From Turneriella sp. (GTDB taxonomy: Bacteria > Spirochaetota > Leptospiria > Turneriellales > Turneriellaceae): 64,000 bases of DNA. The DNA lies in contig CBDIID010000003.1 of assembly GCA_965279515.1 (NCBI GenBank), forward strand, positions 736,001 to 800,000, written 5' to 3'. The notes beneath the pieces were generated by a model. The model did no database searches, had not been told where the DNA came from, and worked only from the letters and a program-made list of their open reading frames with translations. Positions 10,469 through 19,644 of the stretch are shown here, piece by piece. Each line of letters opens with the position of its first letter. The first letter of the stretch is position 1. Made by a program: the position numbers and the translations under genes.

Positions 10469-11626
10469 TCAGTCGCCATCGCCGCTGATTGCCAGCCGCT
10501 TGCCGGGCTGCACGCCGAGTTCCTTGAGTTTTTCGGCTGCGCCCACCAGATTGCCCCTGCCCGTCGACAGCTTCTTCATCGCTTCATCGTAGGTTTTTCT
10601 GGTCGTATCGAGCTGGCTGCCCACCTTTTGCAGATCGTCGACAAAGCCGGCAAATTTATCGAATAACACTGCGCCCTGCTTCGCAATCTCACGCGAATTT
10701 TTGTTCTGCTCTTCTTGCCGCCAGATATTCTGCACCAGCTTGAGCGCCGCAAGCAGCGTCGCCGGCGAGAGCAGGATAATCTTCTTCTGGAAGGCAAATT
10801 CATAGATTTCGGGGTCGTGGTTCATGGCCTCGAGAAAAGCCGCTTCGATCGGAATAAACATAAAGACAAAATCGGGAGTATTGAGTCCCTCAAGCCCTTC
10901 ATAGCCCTTTTCGGCGAGGCCCTTGATGTGGGTACGCACCGACGCCGCGTGGGATTTCAACAGTTCTTCGCGGTTGGCATCCGCAGCGCCTAATTTTTCG
11001 AAATGCACCAGGGAAACCTTGGAATCGATGACGACATTTTTGTTGTCGGGCAGGTAGACAACGACGTCGGGTTTGAAACGGCCTTCTTCGCCTTTCAGCG
11101 AAACCTGGATCTTGTATTCCTTGTCGCGCCTAAGGCCCGAGGCCTCGAGAATTTTTTCGAGCACAAGCTCGCCCCAGTTGCCGCGCGTCTTCGATTCGCC
11201 GCGCAGGGCCTCGGTTAACCGCTTGGCCTCGCTGCCCAGGGTCTGGTTAATTTCTGTCAATTGCCTGAGTTTTTCTTCGAGGCGGCCCGAATCTTTTTTC
11301 TGCTCCTGCACATTCTGCTCTATGGCTTTTTGGAACTCGCCCAAACGGCTCTGCAGGGGATTAAGTAAGGTGGCAAAATTCTGCTGCGCGTCGGCATTCA
11401 CCTTGCGCGAGCTGTCGACGAGAATCTGGTTAGCGATCTTTGAAAAATCTTCCTGAAATTTTTGCGATGCTGCACCGTTCTCGTTCTCGAGTTTCTGGAT
11501 ACGCTCCTTGAGCATGTGATTTTCCGTCAGCGCAGCTGTCGACGCCGCCTTGCCCATAAGTTTACCGATGATAATTCCCAGGGCAAGACCCAGGAGCAAG
11601 GCGATGACGATAAAGAGTAGTTCCAT
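10469..11626 (-). CDS. rmuC: DNA recombination protein RmuC
   Basis: N-terminal TM and coiled coil; GNWGELVLE, PDVVVYLP, IDSK, DFVFMFIPIE, SPATLLAAL, GRGNLV. Confidence 0.93.
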   Translation of the reverse strand: MELLFIVIALLLGLALGIIIGKLMGKAASTAALTENHMLKERIQKLENENGAASQKFQEDFSKIANQILVDSSRKVNADAQQNFATLLNPLQSRLGEFQKAIEQNVQEQKKDSGRLEEKLRQLTEINQTLGSEAKRLTEALRGESKTRGNWGELVLEKILEASGLRRDKEYKIQVSLKGEEGRFKPDVVVYLPDNKNVVIDSKVSLVHFEKLGAADANREELLKSHAASVRTHIKGLAEKGYEGLEGLNTPDFVFMFIPIEAAFLEAMNHDPEIYEFAFQKKIILLSPATLLAALKLVQNIWRQEEQNKNSREIAKQGAVLFDKFAGFVDDLQKVGSQLDTTRKTYDEAMKKLSTGRGNLVGAAEKLKELGVQPGKRLAISGDGD

Positions 11627-11689
11627 GGGTTCAGGTGTCAGCCAGTTTAAGGCGCCTATTCAACCTGTTAACTGAAATACACGGCATCT

Positions 11690-13060
11690 TCAGAATGCCA
11701 GATCAGACGAGCGCCTGCCCCACGAGGCGAGAGCCTGCGCATCACGGCTCGCGGGAAAATTACGGTAATGTAAATACACGGCTGGCATGCGCGCCAGAGT
11801 TCCGGTCACTGCGGCGGCAAAGACCGGATCGCGCATAAAGCCTGTGAGCAGCGAAAAGCCGGTATCCAGCGAGGGCGTCGGAAACACCTGCCTGATGCCG
11901 GCAATCATCATCGTTTCATTCATCAGCCCGTAACGGAACATCTTGGCGATTTCTTCCGCTGTCAACTTCTGTGAAAACTTACGGAACAGATTATAACTCG
12001 CCAGCAGGGCGCCCATGGTTCGCTGGAAAGTGCAACAATACCGCCACAATACATCCGCATCACCCGGGTCCGGCGCACCGGCCACGGCATCGGCAAGCAT
12101 TTTTGCCGCCTGCAATGCCGGCATAACGCCGCTGCCATGCGTGGAGAAAACCTGATTGGCTGCGGCCCCGACGACGGCTATGCCCGAGGCAGTGAGTTGC
12201 GGTAGCGGAGCCTGCAGCGGAATTGTACCACCACCGCTGTGGATCATTTTACCCACCCAGGGATGATCGGCGGCAAATTTTTTCAGCATCTGCGGCCCCG
12301 TGAGGTGATTTCCATCGCTGACCGAACCTGCCAAAAGCCCCACCTCTGACAGGTCGCGGGAAATTTGCACACTCATCGTCGAGTAGCCGCCTTCGCTGCC
12401 CAGGATGCTGATCAGCGAACCGGGCTGCACACCGAGACGATCGAGAAATTCCCGGGCGGCGGCCGGGTCACCGATATGGCAATTTTGCTGTTGAGCGATG
12501 CAGAGATCACTCTTTATATCATCACCCTGCAGTTCCAGCGCCGCTACGCGTCCACGCAGGGCACCACCAAGCCCCGCAGCGTCGACAAACAGCCTGGCCC
12601 GTATCGCAACGTCGGCTGGCGCTCCGGGTTGTTCGCTGGACCGGTGAAACCTTAATTCGACCGGGCGCTCGCCTTCAAAGATGACATCGGCCAGGCTCAT
12701 TCTGTCGAAACCCATTGCCCCGGCAGCAAATGCCTCACGGTTGAGGCGATCGATGAATGGCCGCATGCGCACGTTAGTAAAGCCACTTGCTTCCACCTGC
12801 AATCGCTCCTTCAGATCTGCAGAGAAGAACACGATCGGAAAATCTGCCGCTTCAACTTCATCGCCATCCGGTGGCGCAAGCTGCAGGGCTTTGAAAGCAG
12901 CGAGATGAAGACCATTGACCCAGGATGGGCCCGCCTTTGCGAATTCGCGGCGTTCAATCAGCGCGACGCGGAAACCCGAACGCGCATGAAAAAGTGCACT
13001 GGCGGCACCCGCCGGCCCAGCCCCCAGAACGGCCACATCAAATTCGTGGATCTGCATCAC
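11690..13060 (-). CDS. FAD-dependent oxidoreductase, geranylgeranyl reductase-like
   Basis: DVAVLGAGPAG Rossmann motif, VDAAG, GGGTIP, GAAANQV...GSG. Confidence 0.8.
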   Translation of the reverse strand: MMQIHEFDVAVLGAGPAGAASALFHARSGFRVALIERREFAKAGPSWVNGLHLAAFKALQLAPPDGDEVEAADFPIVFFSADLKERLQVEASGFTNVRMRPFIDRLNREAFAAGAMGFDRMSLADVIFEGERPVELRFHRSSEQPGAPADVAIRARLFVDAAGLGGALRGRVAALELQGDDIKSDLCIAQQQNCHIGDPAAAREFLDRLGVQPGSLISILGSEGGYSTMSVQISRDLSEVGLLAGSVSDGNHLTGPQMLKKFAADHPWVGKMIHSGGGTIPLQAPLPQLTASGIAVVGAAANQVFSTHGSGVMPALQAAKMLADAVAGAPDPGDADVLWRYCCTFQRTMGALLASYNLFRKFSQKLTAEEIAKMFRYGLMNETMMIAGIRQVFPTPSLDTGFSLLTGFMRDPVFAAAVTGTLARMPAVYLHYRNFPASRDAQALASWGRRSSDLAF

Positions 13061-13075
13061 ATACCTCGCGGCCCG

Positions 13076-13669
13076 TTAAACCGGGAGCAGACATTCCCCG
13101 GCTTCTTCAAAGCCCGTCATACAATTGATCAGTTTCAGCTTTGGGTATTTTCCCTTGCGCACGTGTTCGGCCAAAATCACCGCTGTTGAAATCTGCCCCA
13201 GAGCCAGGGCCGCAGCACGCGCTGTGCCTTCGAGCAGCGGCCGCGCAGGCGTCAGCCAGCGCTGGCCGTCATAGAGGCAGACATTGGCATAAATGGCATC
13301 GGTCACGAGCCCTGCCTGCACGATAATGGGTTGCACGCCCCGCGCCACCTGATTGCGCAGGGCATCGAGTTCCGTGCGATCGGCATACTTAAAGCGGTAA
13401 TCGAGACCATCGGCCAGAACCAGGTCTGTTTTCTCTACGGCGTGCCGCACATAGGGATCGATGTCGATGGAAAATATTTCACGGCCATACGTCACACGCA
13501 CCTTAAACAATCCCGAGGCAGGCAAAGCGCGGTGCGTGAGCTGTGCGGCGAGATCTATACGCGCCGCTCTTCCGAAATGCGCCAGTAAAGTCAGGTCAAG
13601 CCGTCGCTGGTGCAATGGCAGATTTTTGATTTCACCCTGTTCGAGGCGCAGCGATTCGATAAATTTCAT
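13076..13669 (-). CDS. pabC: Aminotransferase class IV, probable 4-amino-4-deoxychorismate lyase (short type)
   Basis: HQRRL, YRFKYADR, VTDAIYANV, TPARPLLEGTAR; overlaps the pabB stop. Confidence 0.8.
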   Translation of the reverse strand: MKFIESLRLEQGEIKNLPLHQRRLDLTLLAHFGRAARIDLAAQLTHRALPASGLFKVRVTYGREIFSIDIDPYVRHAVEKTDLVLADGLDYRFKYADRTELDALRNQVARGVQPIIVQAGLVTDAIYANVCLYDGQRWLTPARPLLEGTARAAALALGQISTAVILAEHVRKGKYPKLKLINCMTGFEEAGECLLPV

Positions 13670-14688
13670 ACCGGTAAATAGACCTTGTGGAGCATCTCCC
13701 GATATTCGGCGTCAGGGTCGCTGTAAATCGTAATCCCCGCGCCGCTGCGGAATTTGAGCGTGGCGCCGGTGAAATCGAGATAGCGGATCAGCACACAGCT
13801 GTAAAAATTTGTCCCGTCGAAAACTGCTGCAATGCCCGTAAAAAAACCGCGCGGCTCGCTTTCATGCGCACGGATGAGTTCGACGGTTTTCTTTTTGGGT
13901 GCCCCCGTGATTGACCCCGCGGGCAAGAGCTGCGGCAGCCATTCGCCGATGCGGCCCTGCCAACCCGGGCCCATGCGGCCCTGAATCTCGGTACTTGTCT
14001 GGTAGAGAATACGTCCATCAGCCTGCGCTATTTCGGTCAGGTAGCGGTAGCGCCCGATGCGGATATCCCCTGCGACGCGGCCGAGGTCGTTTCTGAGCAG
14101 GTCGACAATCGTGGCATGCTCGGCCTGCTCTTTGCTGTCCGCCAGAAGCGCCGCGGCGTCAAAGCCGGTACCCTTCATGGGTGTCGTCGCGATCGTGTCA
14201 TTAACCAGGGTGACGAAGGCTTCGGGAGAAAAGCTTAGAAACTCATCTTCGAGCCAGACCGTGAAGGGTGCGCTGGATGCCTCAAACAAAACTGCAGGAT
14301 TCGCCGATACCGACACTTCTGTCTGTGAACACATATTCACCAAGTACGAGTATCCCTCTCCCAATTCCTTTTGCAGGCTGCGGATAGCCGCCACGATATC
14401 GGCCTTTGCGGGGGGTGTGAGAACTTTGAGTACGGGCTTGCTGGCCCCATTTTCGGCCGCCAAACCGCCATGGTGCGGCGCAAAATTCAACTTAAAGCGC
14501 AAGAAGCCCGCACCGAGGGATATCCCACCTTGAAAAAAGCCCGAATTCACTGTGAAATCGCCCTGTTTTAGGGGTTCGGCGAGTAAATTACCATCAAAAT
14601 CAACCAGCGCGAAAAAGGGGGTCTTATTATGTCCCCACGCAGAAAGCCTTGAAAAATCGGGGGAAAAATTGAATTTTTTTATGGACAC
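13666..14688 (-). CDS. pabB: Aminodeoxychorismate synthase component I (short type)
   Basis: SFSPEAF, PMKGT, KEQAEHATIVDLLRNDL, PAGSITGAPK, IRY, SGAGIT. Confidence 0.9.
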   Translation of the reverse strand: MSIKKFNFSPDFSRLSAWGHNKTPFFALVDFDGNLLAEPLKQGDFTVNSGFFQGGISLGAGFLRFKLNFAPHHGGLAAENGASKPVLKVLTPPAKADIVAAIRSLQKELGEGYSYLVNMCSQTEVSVSANPAVLFEASSAPFTVWLEDEFLSFSPEAFVTLVNDTIATTPMKGTGFDAAALLADSKEQAEHATIVDLLRNDLGRVAGDIRIGRYRYLTEIAQADGRILYQTSTEIQGRMGPGWQGRIGEWLPQLLPAGSITGAPKKKTVELIRAHESEPRGFFTGIAAVFDGTNFYSCVLIRYLDFTGATLKFRSGAGITIYSDPDAEYREMLHKVYLPV

Positions 14689-14744
14689 TTCTGGTCGAAG
14701 CTGTAAGATAACTGTGAGACGTAAAGGATCTGGTAGGAGGATTA

Positions 14745-15650
14745 ATGCGAAAACTCATTCTCTCAACCGCTCTGGTTGCTTTTGTAGCAACTAATTGTGG
14801 TGAAAAAAAAGAACAAGCAAGTCTTGATTCGGCGAAGTTTACCTATGTCAAAGGTGACGTACTGGTAAGCGGCAAGCCTGCAACTCTCGGTCAAACCGTG
14901 AGCAAAGATGCTACTATTGAAGTTAAAAACAACTCAATGGCAGTTCTGCAGTTTGCTAGCGCTGCATCAATCACGCTTAAAGCCAACTCTGTATTGTCTA
15001 TCGCGAACCTGAGCAAAAACGACAGCGGCAAGCCCGTTATCGAACTTTCTCAGAACACCGGTAGCTCTTTCAGCAAAATTGCGAAAGGCCAATCAGAGTT
15101 TTCAATCAAAACGCCAACCGCTGTCGCGGGTGTGCGTGGTACATCGTTTGAGTTAGTTGTCGGCAACGGCAAAACAACTCAGATCAAGCTCCTCGAAGGT
15201 AAAGTCCAGGTTTCAAAGCCTGACGCTACTAAAGAAGAGATGGCAGCAGCTCCCGTTGTGGAAGCTGGCCAGAAAGTTGAAGCTACAGCCGCTGGCGTAG
15301 CGAAACCAACAGAAATCACTGAAGCTGAGAAATCAAGCCTCCAGGCGATGAACACTGTTGAAATCGCTCCTGCAAGTGGTAAAGTTGTCGTTCCTGAAAG
15401 CGTAGAAAAATACGCAACAGGCGCAACAGCATCTGCTTCACTGACTGAAGCTGCAAAACCAGAAGTAAAGAGACTGACTCTTGCTGACATCAAGGCAAAA
15501 TACGGCCGTATCGCTCGTATTGAAACCAAGAACGGCAAGGCGTATGTCGGTTACTTCAACCAGACTGGTGCTAACATGACCATCCAAACAGTGGACGGCC
15601 AGATCAGCATCCCAGTTGCTAGCGTTCAGAAAGTTACACCCATGAACTAA
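14745..15650 (+). CDS. FecR-domain lipoprotein, LipL45-like
   Basis: Strong SD (AGGAGG), lipoprotein signal (VATNC), FecR motif TPTAVAGVRGTSF, LipL45-like C-terminus (TLADIKAKYGRI). Codon use suggests high expression. Confidence 0.82.
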   Translation: MRKLILSTALVAFVATNCGEKKEQASLDSAKFTYVKGDVLVSGKPATLGQTVSKDATIEVKNNSMAVLQFASAASITLKANSVLSIANLSKNDSGKPVIELSQNTGSSFSKIAKGQSEFSIKTPTAVAGVRGTSFELVVGNGKTTQIKLLEGKVQVSKPDATKEEMAAAPVVEAGQKVEATAAGVAKPTEITEAEKSSLQAMNTVEIAPASGKVVVPESVEKYATGATASASLTEAAKPEVKRLTLADIKAKYGRIARIETKNGKAYVGYFNQTGANMTIQTVDGQISIPVASVQKVTPMN

Positions 15651-15652
15651 CG

Positions 15653-15700
15653 GGTGGTCTCGATACGCCCATCGCCAGCGATGGGCTACTCGACCACCGG
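15653..15700 (+). repeat. REP-like palindromic element, copy 1
   Basis: GGTCTCGATAC-GCCCATCGC-CA-GCGATGGGC-TACTCGACCACCGG; inverted partner at 15744-15783. Confidence 0.8.
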
Positions 15701-15704
15701 TTTG

Positions 15705-15733
15705 AAACCGCCTGCAAGGGCGGTTTTTTTTTT
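15705..15733 (+). terminator. Rho-independent terminator of the LipL45-like gene
   Basis: AAACCGCC-TGCAAG-GGCGGTTT followed by a long T run. Confidence 0.9.
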
Positions 15734-15743
15734 GCCCACCTGC

Positions 15744-15783
15744 CCGGTGGTCGAGTAGCTCACGCAGTGAGCGTATCGAGACC
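15744..15783 (-). repeat. REP-like palindromic element, copy 2 (inverted)
   Basis: Reverse complement GGTCTCGATAC-GCTCAC-TGC-GTGAGC-TACTCGACCACCGG has the same arms as copy 1 and a different inner hairpin. Confidence 0.8.
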
Positions 15784-15802
15784 CTGGCTTTTTAGGCATT
15801 TT

Positions 15803-15838
15803 TTGGCCTTCGTATCATTATTGTGATAATATTGTGAT
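15803..15838 (+). promoter_or_regulatory. Putative promoter/operator of the TA operon (leaderless geometry)
   Basis: TGa-TAATAT extended -10 lies 6 nt before the ATG; the direct repeat TATTGTGATA occurs twice over the -10 and start; no SD. Confidence 0.55.
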
Positions 15839-16102
15839 ATGATAGCCATACGACCCATCAGCGATCTACGGAATAATTTTGCCGAAATTTCAGAGCTCTG
15901 CCACTCTCAGGATGAACCGATTTTTTTTACCAAAAATGGCAACGGTGATCTGGCAGTGATGAGCATTGAAGCTTACGAAAAAGCACAGGCGCGACTCACG
16001 CTACTGACAAAGCTCGCAGAAGCCGAGGCTGAATCACGGGCGCGCAAAACCGCAGGTACGCACGAGGAAGTCATGGCCCGCCTTGAAAAGCTCACCTCGT
16101 AA
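15839..16102 (+). CDS. Phd/YefM family antitoxin
   Basis: IRPISDLRNNF...PIFFTKNGNGDLAVMSIEAYE signature. Confidence 0.92.
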   Translation: MIAIRPISDLRNNFAEISELCHSQDEPIFFTKNGNGDLAVMSIEAYEKAQARLTLLTKLAEAEAESRARKTAGTHEEVMARLEKLTS

Positions 16103-16107
16103 AAACG

Positions 16108-16419
16108 ATGGCGTCCCCGCCGTTTCAGATTCGCTACCTGCCCGTTGCAGAAAATGACCTGGTGGACATCTTAACTTATCTGAAAGAGAGAAACGGACAA
16201 GCCGCCCGGAACCTGCTCGCCGCAATGAATAAGAATATCGGTCTGCTTGCAGAGAATCCGTATTTGGGCTCGATACCGAAGGATGAAACGATAAAAAAAA
16301 CAGGTCACCGCTTTATGCTTGTGGATAATTATCTCATCTTCTACGTCGTGTATGAACGCACCGTGGAAATCCGGCGGGTTTTGCACGGCGCCCGTGATCT
16401 GCGTGCCTTGCTCATCTGA
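16108..16419 (+). CDS. RelE/ParE family toxin
   Basis: AENDLVDILTY, LAENPYLG, YLIFY, VEIRRVLHGARD; directly after the antitoxin. Confidence 0.92.
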   Translation: MASPPFQIRYLPVAENDLVDILTYLKERNGQAARNLLAAMNKNIGLLAENPYLGSIPKDETIKKTGHRFMLVDNYLIFYVVYERTVEIRRVLHGARDLRALLI

Positions 16420-16424
16420 CCGCT

Positions 16425-19400
16425 ATGCCGTTTAACATCCCCGAATTCCCCATCGCCCTGCGCCTGTTTTTCTACCAGTTCTTTATCGTCGCCGCCAACG
16501 TTGCCGCGCGCACCAGCCGCGATACCTTTCTCATGCAGGGTTCGTATGCGAAACACCTGCCGCTGTTAATCGCTTTTACCGCCGTCGTCATGTATCTCGT
16601 CGTGCGGGCGCAGACGCTGTTCGCGGGGGGTAGAAGCCCGGTGGTGATCGCGGTTGCCGCCCCGCTGATCGCGACGCTCTCGTATGTCGCCTTCTGGGTT
16701 TTTCCGATGACGGGCCCCGCCTCGGCGATCTACTTCATCTGGACGGAAGTTGTAAACTCACTCTTATCAGTGCAGTTCTGGATTCTCGCGACCGCGGTGC
16801 TCGACATGCGCACGGGTAAAAAGCTCTTTGGCGTGATCGGTGCGGGCGGGGCCATCGGCGGCCTCATTGCGGGCCTCGTGCTGGCACCCCTGGGTAAAAA
16901 AATCGGCGTTGCATTCCTGCCGCTCTCGGCGGGTATTCTGCTCGTCGCGGCGATTCCGTTTGTCCTCGGGCTTAAGGCGCGCGCCAGCGATGATGCGGGT
17001 TCTTCCACTACAGCAACGGCGAACAGCGAATGGAATCTTTCGCATCCCTATATCCGCATACTCTGCCTGCTGCTGATACCGGCGACGATCGTCTCGACGC
17101 TGGTGGATTACCAGTTCAAAATTGTTTCTGCTGCGGCTATCCCCGATAGCGGCCAGCTCGCCGCGTACTATGCGCGCTATTATGCAATTCTCAATGGCCT
17201 GACACTGGCTTTTCAGATCTTCGTGACGTCTTTCTTTCTGACAAGGCTCGGCCTGCTGTTCTCGTTGCTTTTTCTGCCCGCAGCGCTGACACTGTTTATG
17301 GCGCCGATGGCGCCGCTGTCACTGACCGCCGGCACATCGGCGCTTTCGATACTCGTCGCGCTCAGCTTCGCGGGCCGGCTCTCTGACCAGACGGTGAAGT
17401 TCACCATCTACCAGGGGGCATTCCAGCTGCTGTGGCTGCCTGTGCCACCACTCAGAAAACCTGCGCTCAAGATGTCGGTCGAGGCGGTCATCAAAAACGG
17501 GATTGCCGGCGTCGCTGGTTTGGGCATCGCCGCCGCGGCTTATTTTTTTCCGCCGAAGAGCGCAGCATTTTTTCAACTGCAGACTTTGCTCTCGGCCGTC
17601 ACCCTGGGCTTTCTCGCGCTATGGCTCTTTGCCGCGTATAAATCGCGGCAAGGTTACCGCAAGTATCTCGTCGAATCGCTGGGCAACCGCATGATCGACT
17701 TCTCGGCGGAGTCGATCGAGATCAATTCGCCGGAAATCCGTGAGACCCTGCAGCAGGCGCTGATCAGCGGCGAAGAGGGCCGCGTCGCCTTCGCGCTCGA
17801 CATTCTGGGTACGCAGGATCTCACAGGCTGGGAAAACGATCTGCAGGAAATCTTTGACCGGGTGTCGCCGCTCATTCAGACCAGGATTCTCGAGCTCGCC
17901 GAACGGCAGCCGGCACTGCTCGGGAAAAAATTTATTCTTTCCTTAGCTGAAGGCAAGAGCGAGCAGCGCATCGCCGCGCTTGTCATCGGCACGCGGCGAA
18001 AATACGACGAGATCCAGGCGATTTTAGGATCGTACCCCGGCGGGGAAAGTTTTGCCGCCATCATGGCGCTCTGCTGCCGCGCTTCGCTGACCGAAAAAAA
18101 CAGCCAGCTCACCGAGAAGTTCAATAACCTGCTCGAAAACATCGACCCGGCGGTGCGCGCCGCGGCGCTTGAGGCGGCCCTGCATTTCCCGGAATTTGCC
18201 GATATCAGTTCGCTGCGCAACCGCCTCATCGACAGCCGCAGCGAGGTGCGCCGCCTGGCGCTCGAAGTCGTGCGTGCGGGGGCCAAACATGCGCTGGTGC
18301 GCGAGGTTGTACTGAATCTCTCGGATGCGAAGGCCTATGGCGTCGCGCGCGCCGCCCTCGCGGCGATCCATCCGACGGTCGTCGAAAATGAGTTTGCGTC
18401 ACCCGAATATTTCGACCGCTCGAATGCAGACCTGATCTACGGCATCTTTCGTTTTCTCGGCGGCACGGGCTCTGCCGCGAGCCTCGAAATCATACTCGAC
18501 CATGTCAATGCTTCGAACCCGCGAATTTTCACCGAGGCCTGCAAGTCGATCACTGCCCTCGTCGAAGCCGTAGGCAGACCGGCGGCCATCAAAGAGCAGA
18601 TGGAAAGGAAAATTGAAGAGGCATGCGGCCTCTACTTTGTTGCCTTAAAACTGGTGACCTCCAATAGCACCTTTGCCGGTGAGCGTATCCTGGTGCTCGA
18701 ATGGCTCGAAAGTGCGATGGCACAATGGCTGATCGGCGCGTGCCGGCTTGCCACGGCAGGCCAGGGGCTGACCAATATTGAAGCGCGTTTTGACGGGCGG
18801 CAACTGCGAAAATCAAAACGCAGCGAGTTCCTGGAAATTATCGAAAATGCCTCGGGCGCACATACGAAAGCCCTGCTGATCGCAATTCTGGATGCCCCTT
18901 CCGATGAGGCCATTATCGCGAGGCTCGATCACCTGCTGGAAAGCCCGCCGCGGCCGGGCAAAGAATGGCTGCGCTCGGGCGATGACTGGCAGGCGGCGAT
19001 GGCCGCGCTCATCGTCATTGGTTCGGGGGGGGATGCCAACCGGCGCTGGCGGCTGTTATCCCGGCGCAGTCTGCCGCCCCTCGCCGAAGAAATCGTCCGC
19101 ACGAAAATAGCCGCACACGCCGAAACCTGGCGCAAGGCTCTTTCGCAGAGAAATCTTTCCGTATTCGATAAATATTTCGGCAATGAGGAGAAACTCACCA
19201 TGTACCCTACCCTCGAAAAAATCCTGCTTTTGAAATCGGTCGGTATGTTCAGCAATATTTCGGGCGAAGATATCTCACGCCTGATACAGATCTCGCGCGA
19301 AGTGGAGATGCCCGCCGGCACCCAGGTCTTCCATGCGGGAGATGAAGGCCACGAACTCTTTATTTTGCTCGCGGGTGAGATTAAAATTCACCGCGACGGG

Positions 19401-19631
19401 CGCGACCTCGCGACACTGAAGCGCGGCGACTTTCTCGGCGAGATGGCGCTGCTCGACAACGAGCCGCGTTCGGCCGATGCGACAACGGTCAGCGACTGCA
19501 AGCTGCTCAGCATCGGTCAGCAGGATTTTTTTGACGTGCTCTCGGGCAGGCCCGAGATTTTGAAGGGTATTCTGCGCCTCTTGTCGGCGCGGCTGCGAAA
19601 ATCGATACAGGCATCGGGAGTTCCCGCCTGA
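16425..19631 (+). CDS. Npt1/Npt2 (TLC ATP/ADP translocase-like) transporter fused to HEAT-like repeats and a C-terminal cyclic-nucleotide-binding domain
   Basis: About 12 TM segments with SRDTFL, SVQFW, GKKLFGVIGAGG, TLVDYQFK; helical HEAT-like middle (VRAAALEA, VRRLALE); cNMP motif GDFLGEMALLDNEPRSAD. Confidence 0.85.
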   Translation: MPFNIPEFPIALRLFFYQFFIVAANVAARTSRDTFLMQGSYAKHLPLLIAFTAVVMYLVVRAQTLFAGGRSPVVIAVAAPLIATLSYVAFWVFPMTGPASAIYFIWTEVVNSLLSVQFWILATAVLDMRTGKKLFGVIGAGGAIGGLIAGLVLAPLGKKIGVAFLPLSAGILLVAAIPFVLGLKARASDDAGSSTTATANSEWNLSHPYIRILCLLLIPATIVSTLVDYQFKIVSAAAIPDSGQLAAYYARYYAILNGLTLAFQIFVTSFFLTRLGLLFSLLFLPAALTLFMAPMAPLSLTAGTSALSILVALSFAGRLSDQTVKFTIYQGAFQLLWLPVPPLRKPALKMSVEAVIKNGIAGVAGLGIAAAAYFFPPKSAAFFQLQTLLSAVTLGFLALWLFAAYKSRQGYRKYLVESLGNRMIDFSAESIEINSPEIRETLQQALISGEEGRVAFALDILGTQDLTGWENDLQEIFDRVSPLIQTRILELAERQPALLGKKFILSLAEGKSEQRIAALVIGTRRKYDEIQAILGSYPGGESFAAIMALCCRASLTEKNSQLTEKFNNLLENIDPAVRAAALEAALHFPEFADISSLRNRLIDSRSEVRRLALEVVRAGAKHALVREVVLNLSDAKAYGVARAALAAIHPTVVENEFASPEYFDRSNADLIYGIFRFLGGTGSAASLEIILDHVNASNPRIFTEACKSITALVEAVGRPAAIKEQMERKIEEACGLYFVALKLVTSNSTFAGERILVLEWLESAMAQWLIGACRLATAGQGLTNIEARFDGRQLRKSKRSEFLEIIENASGAHTKALLIAILDAPSDEAIIARLDHLLESPPRPGKEWLRSGDDWQAAMAALIVIGSGGDANRRWRLLSRRSLPPLAEEIVRTKIAAHAETWRKALSQRNLSVFDKYFGNEEKLTMYPTLEKILLLKSVGMFSNISGEDISRLIQISREVEMPAGTQVFHAGDEGHELFILLAGEIKIHRDGRDLATLKRGDFLGEMALLDNEPRSADATTVSDCKLLSIGQQDFFDVLSGRPEILKGILRLLSARLRKSIQASGVPA

Positions 19632-19644
19632 TACTTACCGGCGT

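Noticed and set aside
15653..15783. CRISPR array
   Set aside because: Only two copies, inverted, with no spacer series and no cas genes.
15839..16419. TA pair as a marker of a prophage or defence island
   Set aside because: No integrase, phage, restriction or other defence genes are nearby; the flanks are envelope and housekeeping genes.
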